DNA of 64,000 nt. Origin: Lingula anatina (taxonomy: Eukaryota; Animalia; Brachiopoda). Position numbers and translations under genes: made by a program. This document shows, piece after piece, positions 1-13,677 of this stretch. The notes beneath the pieces are model-generated. The model ran no database searches and was not told the origin of the DNA. It worked only from the letters and a program-made list of their open reading frames with translations. The stretch spans positions 15,724,651-15,788,650 of the forward strand of contig CM120647.1 of the NCBI GenBank assembly GCA_051362555.1, read 5' to 3'. Each line of letters begins with the position of its first letter. Within the stretch, counting starts at the first letter, position 1.

Positions 1-1332
1 CTAGTGCCTTTATCTGAATGGATTCACCACAGTTAGAAATGAACACTTACCTTAATCGTCAGGACAGGACTTTTCTTCTATGACTGCAAAGAAAGTAACT
101 CAACCGCTGTTTTAATAGTGCTAGCAATAAAAAGTGTTTCACATATTAAGATGTGATTAAAGCCTTAAATGACGCTTGGGGAACATTAGGGACCATAAAT
201 ACTGTCTCAATGACATCTTTAAAATAATCCCCAAAATATTCGTTTTACTAGAAATATTGTACACGCGTTTAAAAGTATCCCAGAGACATATTTTATATCT
301 AAAATGAATCTTTGATCTTATATCTTTGTAATATCGAAAAGACTGTTGACTATTAAAAAAAAACAAGTATGGAAACTTATACGATTACAGTAGAAATGGC
401 ACAAAACATTTCATTCAAGTGCAGGGGCGGTCAACCAACGATTTGCGAGTAGGAGGAAATAGGATTTTGTTTTTTTTTTTTTCTTTTGATGTCTCTGGAC
501 GTAGTCATTTTTTATGATTCATACCAAACAGGAGATCCATGAGTACCAACAGGGTGTGTTATATACTCTTCTTCATGGTTGTAAAACAATTCAAAGTGTG
601 ATGCTTATAAAAGAACTAATTAAGACATGAATAAAGGTAATGAGATTATTCAGTCCCTAAGTATTGTTGACTGTAGATCCTTCCAAGAATAGGGTGATTT
701 TTTCCCCTCAATGGGCGCTGGATGTGGATTTCACCCAAGGCTGCGGTGACAGTAACCCTACTGCTGTGCTTAGTATGGATCGCAGTAAATGCTGTCTCAA
801 AAATGACCATGTTATTTCAGACTCCATTCTTGACGCGGTCTACGTGGGTCGATCCCACTCTGCAGGGACTCTCGTTAAGTGCAATGAGTTGGGTCGATCC
901 AAGCAGACCAATGGGAATATAGGCTTATTAGCATTTAATGTCCTTACGCTTGGTGAACTTCAGGGCAAATAAATGCACCCCATCATCTTTTTAATGACTG
1001 CGCATAACGCCTGTACTATAGGCCCCTGTCACACGAATGCGGCCGTATTTAGTGGGCGGATCAGTAGGTACTCGGATCATCCATCCTGAATGGGGCCTAA
1101 GACAATTCCAATACGCTACTTTACGCTCACAATTGCGAAAATGTTCAATTCATTCGACTGATATATTATGTGACGCACATCCGTCGAATGAATAACGGAT
1201 TCAACGCATCCTATCCGGATTCAACGCATCCTATCCGTAGGCAATACTCTTGCCGAGCGTATTCCGGATGCACCCGACGGATGCCGACGAATGCGAACCG
1301 TATTACGTTGGTATTCATATTATATCTGTGCT

Positions 1333-1497
1333 GTATATCCAAATTCCACCTCTGATGTTTATTTCGGTCCTCTCCACAATCCAATTCAGGAAATGACGTA
1401 ACCGCAGAGGTCGTATTGTCCAATGGCATGGCTTCTTTTTCTTAATTGGAGGTTAGAGTGGACCGAAATAAACATCAGAGTTGGAATTTGGATATAC
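1333..1497. mobile_element. MITE-like foldback element
   Basis: GTATATCCAAATTCCACCTCTGATGTTTATTTCGGTCC has a near-perfect reverse complement (1 mismatch) ending at 1497. Confidence 0.6.
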
Positions 1498-2233
1498 GGT
1501 TTGATTGTGCGTATGCCATGCACGGAATTTGCAAACGAGCGACAGGATGATGTAGCCTGCAGTATTTGCGGTAAGCGTGCCAAGTTTTAGGCCGCTCCGA
1601 TGCCCGGCAGTATTTTATTTCGATTATTCTGTTTAAAATTGTTTAGTCTTGTTTCACAAGCTTACTCTATTCTATTGTCTCTATGGAGGTATATGGGGAC
1701 TTTACGACATTCGGTTTTAAGGCTTTAACCACTTGTTATAGTTTATTTTTGCATTGTATTGGATTAATGTGGCAGTCCAAGGTTGTCCTAGGTGGTTTCC
1801 AAGTTTATGCACCCGGTTTTTATATCATTTAGCGATTTTACGACAATCGTTTACTATCCAATCAAGGTGACAGACGAGAGTGTAATAGCTCGTGTCAGAA
1901 CTTCAGTTTATAACTTCACAGTACGTGCATTCATCAAATGGTTTTCCTTTGGCCGAAATCATAACCATAACCACATAAATTACAGTAAGTGCACAGATCT
2001 ATTCTTAGTTGGTGCCACTAGTAGTTGCATTTTGTATGTTAAGCAGAAAACAGACAAGAAAAAAAAACGTGTCATCGGTGTTTTTTTTTTTTTTTTTTTT
2101 ATTCTGCAACAACTTATCTCAAGTAATGTTGACTCCGCTTGATTTATAAAATAATGTAAATTTCTCTTTGAGGAATGTTGATCACAATAGCTTTCTTTTA
2201 TCGAGGAATGTACGGTAGATTGCACTGACTCCT

Positions 2234-2610
2234 TTAAATGATGTTGACCTCACTGCATGGTTTTATCATGGAATGTTGACCTCACTGCATGGTTTTATCA
2301 AGGAATGTTGACCTCACTGTATGGTTTTAACAAGGAATGTTGACCTGATAGCTGCATTATTTTATCATGGAATGTTGAACTCATTGCATGGTTTTATCAT
2401 TGAGTGTTGACCTCACTGCATTATTCATCAAGGGATGTTGACCTCACTGCATGGTGTAATCGTGGAATGTTGACCTCACTGCATTGTTTTTATCAAGGAA
2501 TGTGGACCTGAGAGCGGCAATGTTTTATCACGGAATGTGGAACTCACTGCATGGTTTTATCATGGGATGTGGACCTCATTAGTTTTATCGAGGAATGTTA
2601 AACCCACCGG
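2234..2610. repeat. Minisatellite, roughly 11 degenerate units of about 32-34 bp
   Basis: Unit approximately GGAATGTTGACCTCACTGCATGGTTTTATCA(T/A), repeated in tandem without unique spacers. Confidence 0.9.
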
Positions 2611-2843
2611 TATAAAGGAGGAATGTTGGTCGCACTGTTCTTTTTAACCAAAAATATTGAACATTTGTGATTTATTGATTAGGAGTTCCATAGGTTTCGA
2701 CGCTTGTCACTTTTTCAGATGCGTAATAGAGCTGCAACGACAAAATAGCAAAACAACATGGACACATGGGTCACTCACTTTTCTCTGATGAAATTTTGAT
2801 TAAGTCCCTTTAAATTCAAGAACAAATAACACGACACAAAATA

Positions 2844-2915
<72 letters not shown>

Positions 2916-5900
2916 AGCAAACCAAAACAAAAGTTAAATAAGACTTTAAACTTCCTGGCTTTAGGACTTCAAGTCTTTAAAGTTACCTATATGTATGAAA
3001 GGGTTCATTACAGTGTTCTGGTAGAAATTTCAACCCTCCTTCACCCAAGTCGATTGAACATTTCTTTTATTTGACATACGGAAAGAACAGGCAATAACTT
3101 ACGTCCTGGGTTTCATCATAGAACGCGTTCACCACGGGATTAGCGTCAGCCCTACATGTGCCGTGTAACGGAGAATAGTCCACTGCCACACAGGCCGGGA
3201 GGCGTACGCAGAACGCTAAACACTCCAGCACTGTCGGGCCCCCTTCTGTAGGGTGCACGTATTGTTGAGTGTTCGCAGAGAGCAGGCGGCGGCTGGGTGC
3301 TTTCACGAACAGGTCAGACCTTGTCCTGCCAGCCTCCCGAGAAACTGAAAATGTTGATGGAATGATTAAATGTGCAGACAGATCCATGTTTAAATGTTTT
3401 GTTTCAAGGGTTATTTTTTGCTTTAGAAGGCAAAAATTGTTTTGATCTTTCAAGATCAACCTCAATTTATTTTTGGCCTACTCTTTTCAACAATACTGGC
3501 TACCACGCAATCAGTTGTATTGAAATGCAATTGAACTGAAAACATGCAATGGGCATGAGACCTCAATCATGCGAAAATGTCTTGGAATTTCAGCAATTCG
3601 CTTCTTAACGACAAAGTGTTCCCTATTTTAAGTTATATGTAGCATCCGTATTTTTACCGTCACTTGTCCCTTTCTCTAACGAAAGTGTTTCGGATGCAAA
3701 AACCAGTTACATTTCCTGTGCATTTTTTACTGTACTACAAATACTTGTATGAAGAGTGCATGGATATTTGTACCGCACAGTTAAAGATTACCTGATGTAT
3801 AAGTCATGCAGAACACCATGCAAACGACAATCCAAATTTTATAGAGCCGTTTGCCATCCATATCGAATTGATTCAGCATCTAGTTCCACTAAAAAAATCG
3901 TCAAACGGGTTGTTTCTCAACTTTTGCTTGTGCAACGGTATACAATATAGGAGTATGACGTATTCTCTCCCTCGTCTAAGAGCGATCACTTGCCTTTTGA
4001 TCGATTCTATTGTAACAGTTCCTCCCTTGCTGGCTTTAGCTGGCTTTATGTGTGACTATCGATACCGTGTGCAAAGATAGCGTGATTTATATACCGGGGT
4101 AACAGTTACATGAGCAATGAGGGTGAGTGAATTCACATGATTAAGGTAGATTGGTACCTACATGCACATGTTCTACCTTTGCAAATTTTAATTTTTTTTT
4201 CTTGTTTGCAAAATAATGGTGGTCATTGACCAGATAAGATTACTAGGCCCAAGTTCGTTACTCCCAGTGTATCGCACTAGTGCCACTGAAATCTATGGGA
4301 AAGCAGGTGTTCCTTTACTAAATTGTTATTTTTAATAATGTTTTAGCGAATGCATTTCAAATATTAATGATTATTCTGCGTTTATAAGACTTACCAGACT
4401 CTCGCTCTCTCTCTCCCTATATATATCCATAATGTGAAGGTACAAAAAGTAGAAAACATTTGAAACTAAAAATAGGTGCATGGATCATAATTCTGATTGC
4501 AGCTTTGGATATGGTATATCTTGTTTGTTAAAAATAGTTGTTGATGTCTAATTTTTTTGTATGAAAGAACTAATGCTTATGTATATTGTGCGCTGTCATG
4601 TCAGGTGTGATGTACAATGTATAACTAAAAACCCAAACACCGTGACCACAAATGTTTTAACGCTACATAAAATAGAGTGGATGAATCATGGTTATCCGAT
4701 AGTTATTGGACGTGGAACAATTACCTAATGAGGATTGCAATTATGATTATTAAATCTGTAAATATTTATGCTGTTATCTTGACGACAACTGTATTGCCAA
4801 TTCATTTCATGTTTTCAACCGTGCACCTTTACGTACAGCGTTGAAAGCAAAAAAGACTCAAGTTGCCCCGTTGTCTACTTCGTGATAACAATTGCACATC
4901 ACCGGTGCCCTCCAACCTTTCTACAAACCATGAGAGGGTCCGTTGGGGGAATGATCGATGTTCACGGGAAATGAAATCACCAATTCACAAAACAGTAAAT
5001 AAAAATTCATTCATACGTGTTTGACACTGTAGTACGTTTCGATAATCCTGAAAATCACGAATCCCCGGATATAATTACTTTGAGAATAACAAAGACTAAA
5101 GATTTGCATTCACGTGTCAGGGGAATGGGGTGTTTCACGGATCACGGTAAATAATATGAACCTTTAACGCATCTTGGGAAATAAATAGTGGCTTTCACGG
5201 ATAACAAAAACACCCAATGGGACCTTGTATAGGCAGTATGACGGCAGACACTGTATCTGGCAGCTGCCTGGGGAACACTATAACGCCTCCCTCCGTCGGA
5301 TAAATGGTCTGCATGTGCTGTTGCTTTGTAAATGTCACCATGGAAACTATTTGGTAGCTAGTGAGACGTCACACATTCGATGGCACCCTTAACAGTACAC
5401 ATGGTCGGAAAGGCATCACTTGTGAAGCGAGAGATAATCGGTAAAACAGTATTTTATCAAAAGATTCCGATTCCCCGAGAACACTATCCACAAAATATAT
5501 CATAGTTACACCCTGTTTTAATCTTTCAACATTTTGTTCTTAAATTTAGTTCCGGTTTACAAATAAATTCGACCACTACAGCACGGTCCAATGGTTACAT
5601 CGTATGCAGCAGGTCCACAGCATTTCAGAGGCATTGTGTTAGGTGTGATGGGCACACCGAGCAGTTACTACTACCAGAGTGCACGTGCGGCTGCGGACGG
5701 GACTACTTCCGGTTTAAAAAACAGGGCGTTCAGCCTGGATTCAGACAACCTCATTAATAAAGCGAATAGATGCTAATTATATTTACCACATATTTATTAT
5801 GTTCAAGTCCGTGCCGCAGACCGGTTTATTTTCCGGCTCTCTCTACCCAAATCTTTTAATTTCTTGCTTTCTTCTGTCTGTTCAAGAAAAATTCATGTAC

Positions 5901-8228
5901 ATGAACACCTGTAGGCGCCTAAATGATTTTCTAGTAAGTCATATTGTCAATTACCGTTTCAAAAAGTACCTGAAGTAAGAATCGTTAATTTTTACGCTTC
6001 ACGAAGAATCAAAAACACCTACCATTATTACCTCGTTTTTTTTAACCAAGCCCCTACAGGGTATGACAAATAGCGGTAGTAATCGTCTCAAATATGACAT
6101 TTTGTACCAGAGATTACAGTAGCTCGTCCCCTGTATTTAAACTGCATTAAATGCCTGTAACGAACAACCATCGCAAAGTGGACTCAACGTACGAAGTACG
6201 TAGGAAACTAAGAGATTTAAGCTGTATAAACTACATTTACATGTAGCACAAAAACTTAAGTCCTTTTGAAAACATTGTCAAGAGTTCCATCTGAACTATT
6301 TATCGTAGAGCGTGCGTCTTAATACCCGCACTGTCAACGCTATTAACGTCATGCGTCAGGTGTCTAAGGACGTGTCCTCATAAAACGACTCTCATGAGAA
6401 GATGTCACACAGGTGTGAAGGCGTCTTCATTAAGGACATGACGTGTCCCCTGACCACTCTCAACCGGTAACCGCGAGCACACCGGACGTTGTAATATTAA
6501 TGAAATATTATCACAAGAATAGGATGCTTACGTGACCGTCCCGGGAGAAGATAGCAACCTATATGAGTGGTTTTGATGACAGGACAGAGTTTTTATTCAA
6601 AAATGAGAAAAAGTCATCAGTTTCGAGTACCTTAATTTCGGTTTTGTAGTTTCTTTATTAATTAATATATTTCAGTTCAAGAGTTTTAACAGGTTTGAGA
6701 CAAAGTTGAAAAATGCACCAAGAAATTAAGACAATGACCCCAAACACCAAAATAATTTGTATTAGTTGTTTAGAGGCATGTTGGAATTTAGACGCAGACA
6801 TACACTGTAATGTACCTAGCATCAAAAATATTTGCTTGGAATACAAAGGGTTTAATCAATCTATTTGATTTTAAATTTAAATACAGACATAAACCTCTAC
6901 ATGTACACCGGTAACAAAGCCTTTTCAACAGCAATGCAGAGCATAAAAACGTATTTTACCTGACTTATACTCGTGGAAATCGGAAAAATTCTCAGATCAC
7001 AGAAGTTTTCGTTTAATACTTTGAATGAATATAATAATAAAGTACTATCTGATCTTATCTATTAAAAAAGAAAAAAATAAAGGAAAAAAGTGAATATAAA
7101 GTATATAAACCATTCCATTCAATGAGTTTATTTGCATTTATTATTAGTCAAAAGAGGTCATATTTAAGCACCATTAATACAAAAGAAGTATATTTCTCAT
7201 TCTTTGTACTCCATAAACACCAAATGATTTCCCGCAAAACATATTATTTAGCACGATGTCACCAATTAAATGAGAGTGACTATCAACTTACAAAATGTTT
7301 GTTAAAAATTCAACACGAATATGGTTCAGTTCAAAATTTACTTCCAGTTTATTTAAAAAGGTTTTCATTATTGCGGATACTCTGCTTCATGTCAGGTGCA
7401 TTACTCATGCCACTTATTGTAGAAGTCTCCAAGCAGTGACCTCCTTGCGTCGAAGTATTCCGTGACCACAGATGATACGAAATGTCCCAACCCTGTTGAA
7501 ATTCCATATGCTTTTGTCTGTGCTTGGGCATGTTGACAATATGATGAATTTAACGCAATTAAACAGACCATGTGGCACTCGGTACTATTCTATAAGATAA
7601 AAAACAACGCCTTTTACTTATCAAAAGAACCATTGCGTGCATCGAATTGTAATGTTATAAAGTTAATATAAACGCACGACCGGAAGATGGCACAATAAAA
7701 AGTCGCATTGAAAAGTTAATTATAAATTCATATATATTTTATTGAATATCTCTGTTTTAGCATAGCAAAGAGATAACACACAAATAATTCCAAAGCGACA
7801 CGTACGTATCCAAACAAGTCAGGATACTAAACGTGTACAGCCACAAACATTTAAGTTGCGGTCTTCTTTGTTCGTGCAGTGATTAGAATTAAGAAAATAA
7901 TGATTAATCGTCTTACAAAACTGTACCACTTAATACATAAACAATCCATATATACCTTTAAAATACTGAATTATAGCATTATTTATTAAACTGATGCACG
8001 TATAGTCAATCCTAGCGTCTCTCATTATGCGAAATGTACAATGCAATGATCCAACAAAAACTCATGTATGGTCTCTTGCGGTCTACCTGTCGGAATATAC
8101 ATTGCATTGTCTTTATTCCATTCATTCATTTGTTCTGCAGTGGTGTAACGGATATTGAAATGAGAAAATTAGACATGAACACTGAAATTGACAACTTTGA
8201 AATAAAAAGTAAAACCAAATGTCTCATA

Positions 8229-8270
<42 letters not shown>

Positions 8271-8769
8271 TTATTCTTATATGGCACATTCCATTACAAA
8301 TCTCAATGCACCTTAAATTGCTTTTAATTTAAAAGCTAAACATCACAATTAAAAGAACTAAATATCTCCATTTAACAACTCTAGATATTACAAAAAAATA
8401 TATATAAATAATTAAAGTGACAACGGTAAGAGATAAAATGGCAAATTAAAACTTAACTATAAAATAACTGATAAAAATAGCTGATATATAGCTTATAAAA
8501 ACAAAGTTTATAACATATATATATATATATATATATATAGCTTATAAATAATCTAAAAATTTAAGCTCCAGGGTGTAAATGTATATTTTCTCTCAGAGGA
8601 AATATATCACTTACAGCAAGCTTAAGTTCATTTAGGGCTATATTGTTTGCAATATGATGTCATATATTCAAAAGGACAATATGTTTTGGTTTCACACTAC
8701 CGCAAAATGGGGATATGACAAAACAAGAAAAAGTCATAATTTTGAAATGCGGCTTTTAACACACTTAAA

Positions 8770-8971
8770 CTAACAATTGAAATTGACGTCAACCGCCCTT
8801 CTTTGTCCCTTGGCAGCCACAGAGACAAGTTCAGTGGAAGAACAACGCGCATAAATATTATGAATATTAAGTGTCTTCCCGCTTGAGTAGGTAGGAGAAG
8901 AGGATAAAAGCCAGAGTCGACACTTGGCTGTCACACTGCTTTCTAACCGTAGACGTGTCCATAGCTGAAAG
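8770..8971 (+). promoter_or_regulatory. Conserved proximal promoter and non-coding exon 1 of copy 1
   Basis: Block AACAATTGAAA...CAGCCA(C/T)AGAGACA...AACGCGCATAAATATT...GATAAAAG (8903) ...TCACACTGCT (8931) ...CTGAAAG|GTAAG recurs upstream of every copy. Confidence 0.7.
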
Positions 8972-9555
8972 GTAAGAAGAGATAGTTACACCAGGCAACT
9001 TGAGGCCTCTGACCAGAAGCTTATCATTTTCAGTGTTTCGACTGTATTTTTTTTTCTAGCAGATAAGACATCGGTGTTTTGGGATTTTAAGAGGGGGGGG
9101 TGATAAGGGTTTTTTTGCCCTCTACATAATGCATTTAGCAGTCACCTTAGCAATAGGCCATTAGCCGTGATAAAAGAGGGAACTCCTCAACAGGCACGGT
9201 TTTTAGGACTTGTTATGGCATATAAGAGCTACATAAGCTACTTGATAGACTTGCATACAGTTACATGAATCACACTGAGAAGTATAAAAAAAGAGATGAT
9301 GCGATTGCGTAGTGCTAATTTTTGTCCTGTGGCTGAAAAAATGCAGCAAGTTTAATTGCAAGTGTCATTGTTTTTCTTCAGTAAGGGTAAATAATATTTC
9401 AAATAACGAATGCAGCAAGTTTTACAGTGGTACCTTTGGCAGAAGCTTTCTTTAATGTGCTTTAGAAAAGGAATGGAACATTATTTTCACTTTCAGTGAA
9501 GAAAGGAAAACATTAAAAATTTAAATGATACTCAACGTTTGCATTTCAGATCACA

Positions 9556-12500
9556 ATGAAGATTATACTCGTGTGTCTTGCCCTGTTCGGCGCCACCTAC
9601 GCTCAGCATTTATCGCGGGGTAAGTTTTGAACAGCCATTACATTTTATAATCGATGTGGACCCGATCAGTCATTGTTTGGATCTAGTTATTTAGCAACGG
9701 TGATCGGAGATACAAAATGGCCATTATATATAGACGTTATGTTTCATCCCAAACTATATATTCATTACCTACAGTATTAATGGCATTAATTATGGGTGGA
9801 GATATCTTATGAATACGACTATCCATAAATATTTCTAGATGAAGTCGAGAGAAGATGCTTGGTTGACAAACCAGACGTGTCACAAGGTGTCGCCTACGTC
9901 GCAGATCTCGATTGCGCATTTTTCTGGCAGTGCGACTTCGCCTACAACCTACTGAAAAATGTCACCCTCAAAGTATGCCCAATCGGAACCTTGTGGGCCT
10001 CCCGCGCCAGCGCAGAAACCCCGCCAGCAGTGGGCCAGGAGCGAGTGGTGTGCATCAGCTGTGAGATGCAGAACGACCCTACCTGTCAGGCCCAGCACCC
10101 CGAAGGATCGGCACAGTGCCCACTGCGTACGTATCACTTTAAACCCTGTTTTTGTATTCTTTACCAAGGTCACTGTCATTATTGTTTTCACTTTTGGCTC
10201 ACTGATATTTCTGCGACGGTTCAGTGAACATTTTGTAACAAAAAATTGATTATGGTCTCTCTAGCTTTTTACAGCTGAAATGACTTTCTATATTATATTA
10301 TATTATATTATATTATATTTTATTATATTATATTATATAATATTATGTTATATTATATATTTCAGCTCCACCACCTGTAAGTACCACAACGGAAGCACCA
10401 CCAGCTCTTGGAGACAGTAAGTTTTTGTTATTTTATTCACCATTCATCTATAAGTCTATAGATCTTGCCTGAGGACAACCCAGCCCACTTATAAAGTCAC
10501 CCCTTTTGTGGATAGTAAGTCTGTCTTTCGAAAAAAAAACTGGACTAAGAAAACATTATTTGGCCTTAACTAGTCTGAAATTTGTTATTTAAATATATTT
10601 TTTAAGGCAAACGGTTCTTTATTCTAGTTGTTTTCGAGTTTGGTCAGTTTGGCCTCAACTCGAGACTTATTTCAAAACATCTTCACTGATACTCCTCACT
10701 TAAACCGTAAGAAAAGCGTGTTCCGGGAGCGTCCAACTCATCCGGCATCTTTGTCACTCTGAGGTTTGATGTTGATGGCGTCATGTCAGTCACATCAGGA
10801 ACTGGAGACCTGTCCAATACTCATGTGCATTAAACTTCGATGACGGCCTAATACAACATTGGCAGACGATTGCAGGGGCGGATCCAGAGATGTTTTCTGA
10901 CAGTCTTCCATATTATATTTGTTGATCCATTCTCAATTTTTTGACCGTCTTCCGACAGAAAAAAATTATATACCCGTCAATGTAAACTTGAAAATCTGAC
11001 CGTCTTCCGGAAGACCCAGAAGACGGCCTAAATCCGCCCCTGGATTGGGTTTATATTTGTAATTGATTTATTCCAGAGAGATGTATACTCATGCCCCAGA
11101 AAGCGGCGTACCAAGAAATCGTAGGGGAAGTAAGCAAGGTTTGGTACCTGAACAGAAACGAAACGGTTAGCTGTGGACATCTTCTTTTCAATTTTGAAAA
11201 ATGTCACTGCGACGCGGCATGTAAGTTCTAGAAATCAGCCTTTCAACGAGTACATTAAACTAATAAATAATGGAAATTAAAGAATAGGAGCTCTACTACA
11301 TTTAAAGCTTTTCTCTTCAATGACGAGGTGCGAGGACAACAACAGATTTCGACCGGTATAGATTACATGAAGTTATAAGTCATTGCATCTTCATGTACGC
11401 GCATAATACACAGTACGTAAAATCGTGTACATTATAGTTTCAAAATCGTATGTATGTAAATACAAGGAAGGCATTTCTGGTGTTGCTTGTTGAAAAGATA
11501 TCCCAATTATTATTCTTTTTTAATTTTATTTATTTATTTATTTATTTTATTTATTATTATCATTATTATTTTTTTACAAATTGTATTGAATCTTGCAGGA
11601 TAGCCATTTATTTTGAGAGGAAAAAAGTACTACAATTCAACTAAATCTGAGTCTCCTAGTACTTTCTAAACTTTTTTGGCTGCGTTCAAAACAAAGTTAG
11701 TCCACGGACTAACTCAACCGAGGATTAAATATGGCGCGCACTTGACAATTGCGCGCCGTCCCTGCAGGGGCAGAGCAATTAAATCTTGGCAAGTGGGTTT
11801 CGCTATATTTCACCTCTCGGACTAGTTAGTTCGCTGATCAACTTGTTCTGTTCAGGTCTTTAGTGACTTATTTTGGTGAGTACCGTACAATGCCCGCCGT
11901 GCGCTCTGTTGTTTTAATGTTCGGATGATTAAGTAATGGCTGCAACAGTACTAGTGGTGTAGCGGCTCTTATAAGATTTCAACAAAATATATTTTGTCAT
12001 CCTCTCCGAGTTTTCATTTATGGTATTTCTGCTCTTATTTCAGCTGAGTTCCCTATGTATTGGTCTTTTGAGAAGAACTTGAACTCCTACGCCAACAGGG
12101 CTTTTGCCGCCAACGAACCAGTGGGCTCCGTTGGTTTGCATGGGGATGGCTGTGTGGAATTCAACGGAACAGGTAGGGACAGTCTTGCTTTTTCATTGAT
12201 TTATCTCGATACAATATGTTGATCAAATTATAAAGAAACATTTTAGTTGTTTGGCAATTAACTTATTAGTTTATTATTTGTTTATTATCTTTAAATATTT
12301 CCCGACGGACATGATCGATATCGCTTCTGTTTTGTTCATAAGATTTTAAAAATCAATTGATATATGTTATGTGACCTTTAGCTGTCATTTTGATGATAAC
12401 TACAGTTCGGTGTTTTGTTTCCAAGGCGGTCTACAAATCCCATACTTCAAGAACGGACGTAACAGGGAAAATTGGGTAGTTGGAGTTGTCTTCAACAGAG

Positions 12501-13135
12501 ATGTGAGCCAAGACTCTGTCATTCTCTACAAGACTCCTTCTATCTTCATAAACGGTGATGTGATCTCTGCCTCTGCATCGGTCATGGATTACTTCGGCAA
12601 CAAGACCACCCTGGAAGTCTCAGTCACCGTACGTTTCTTGGATATTTCATTTATTGATTTATGCTGATTTCAATCTTATTTTTATTTACAAGTTTTTTTT
12701 AGTTAGTTCATTTTTATCGATAAGTTACATTTGTTACGCATAAGTTTTAACGGAGCATTGAACCCTGGCAATATAACCGGTATATTTATTTATTTATTAA
12801 ATCTTTAGTAACACTTGTGTGAGTGGAGATTGAACATTCTCAAATGGATGTTACCTGCATGAGTTAAACATGAACTGCGTAAATAAATAAATTGATAGAT
12901 AAGTACTGTAGGCAAACGATTGTATAGAAAACCATAAAGTAGCACGCGAAGCATTATACAAGATGGGTTTGGTGTTATATTGCAGGCACCTGGGGTAGGA
13001 TTCCTGGCCGTGGTTCTGAGGTTTGACGGCACCACTCTTACCCTGAGCGTATATGATGAAAGCGGAAACTTATACCAGGACTCTGTTAATGCCCCAGGAG
13101 GTATGGAGTGTTTATATGAAACTTGATACTCAGCG

Positions 13136-13172
<37 letters not shown>

Positions 13173-13604
13173 GTGTATAGTTTGTGATCGTTTTTCCGTG
13201 TAGCTGAAGTCCCCAAAACAACGTAATTGCCGACTGCAAAAGTTGATAATTGTCCCGTTTTAGGCTTTGGTATGCTCTATCAACAACCACAGCGCTAACG
13301 ACATTATGGTCGTCCAATTGATAATATGTTTACTTTCATCTGAATGGTAGAAATGAGCGATGACACTGGATCATAATCTACACTAATTATAGTATGATCT
13401 CTACACTATAATAACATAATATATAGTGCAATGCCTTATTCCATGTATCCGAATCTCCCCAACTGGCACTTATAGTACAGGTGTAAGCGATTAATGTCAC
13501 CTCAAAATTCAAGACCATCTTTGAGTATATGAATACATATAGTTAAAAACAAACAAAGTAATACTTAGAGGCTGTTCTATATTTATTTTACCATAAGATT
13601 ACAA

Positions 13605-13677
<73 letters not shown>

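Noticed and set aside
2234-2610. Repeats of about 32 bp resembling a CRISPR array
   Set aside because: Units are contiguous and degenerate with no unique spacers, there are no cas genes, and the context is eukaryotic; it is a minisatellite.
3067-3465. 132-aa minus-strand ORF in a GC-richer patch
   Set aside because: No recognisable motif, non-ATG start and no supporting exon structure; more likely a repeat fragment.
6240-7540. Possible Tc1-like fragments (RDRP-like near 6530; GGH-like near 7440 on the minus strand)
   Set aside because: Similarity is too short and no matching pair of terminal repeats could be established by eye.
10377-10382. GTAAGT inside exon 4 of copy 1 as an alternative donor
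   Set aside because: It would give an 11-nt exon and shift the frame, and it is absent from the other copies.
12805-13317. 170-aa minus-strand ORF
   Set aside because: Antisense shadow of exon 8 of copy 1 plus a (CA)n tract.
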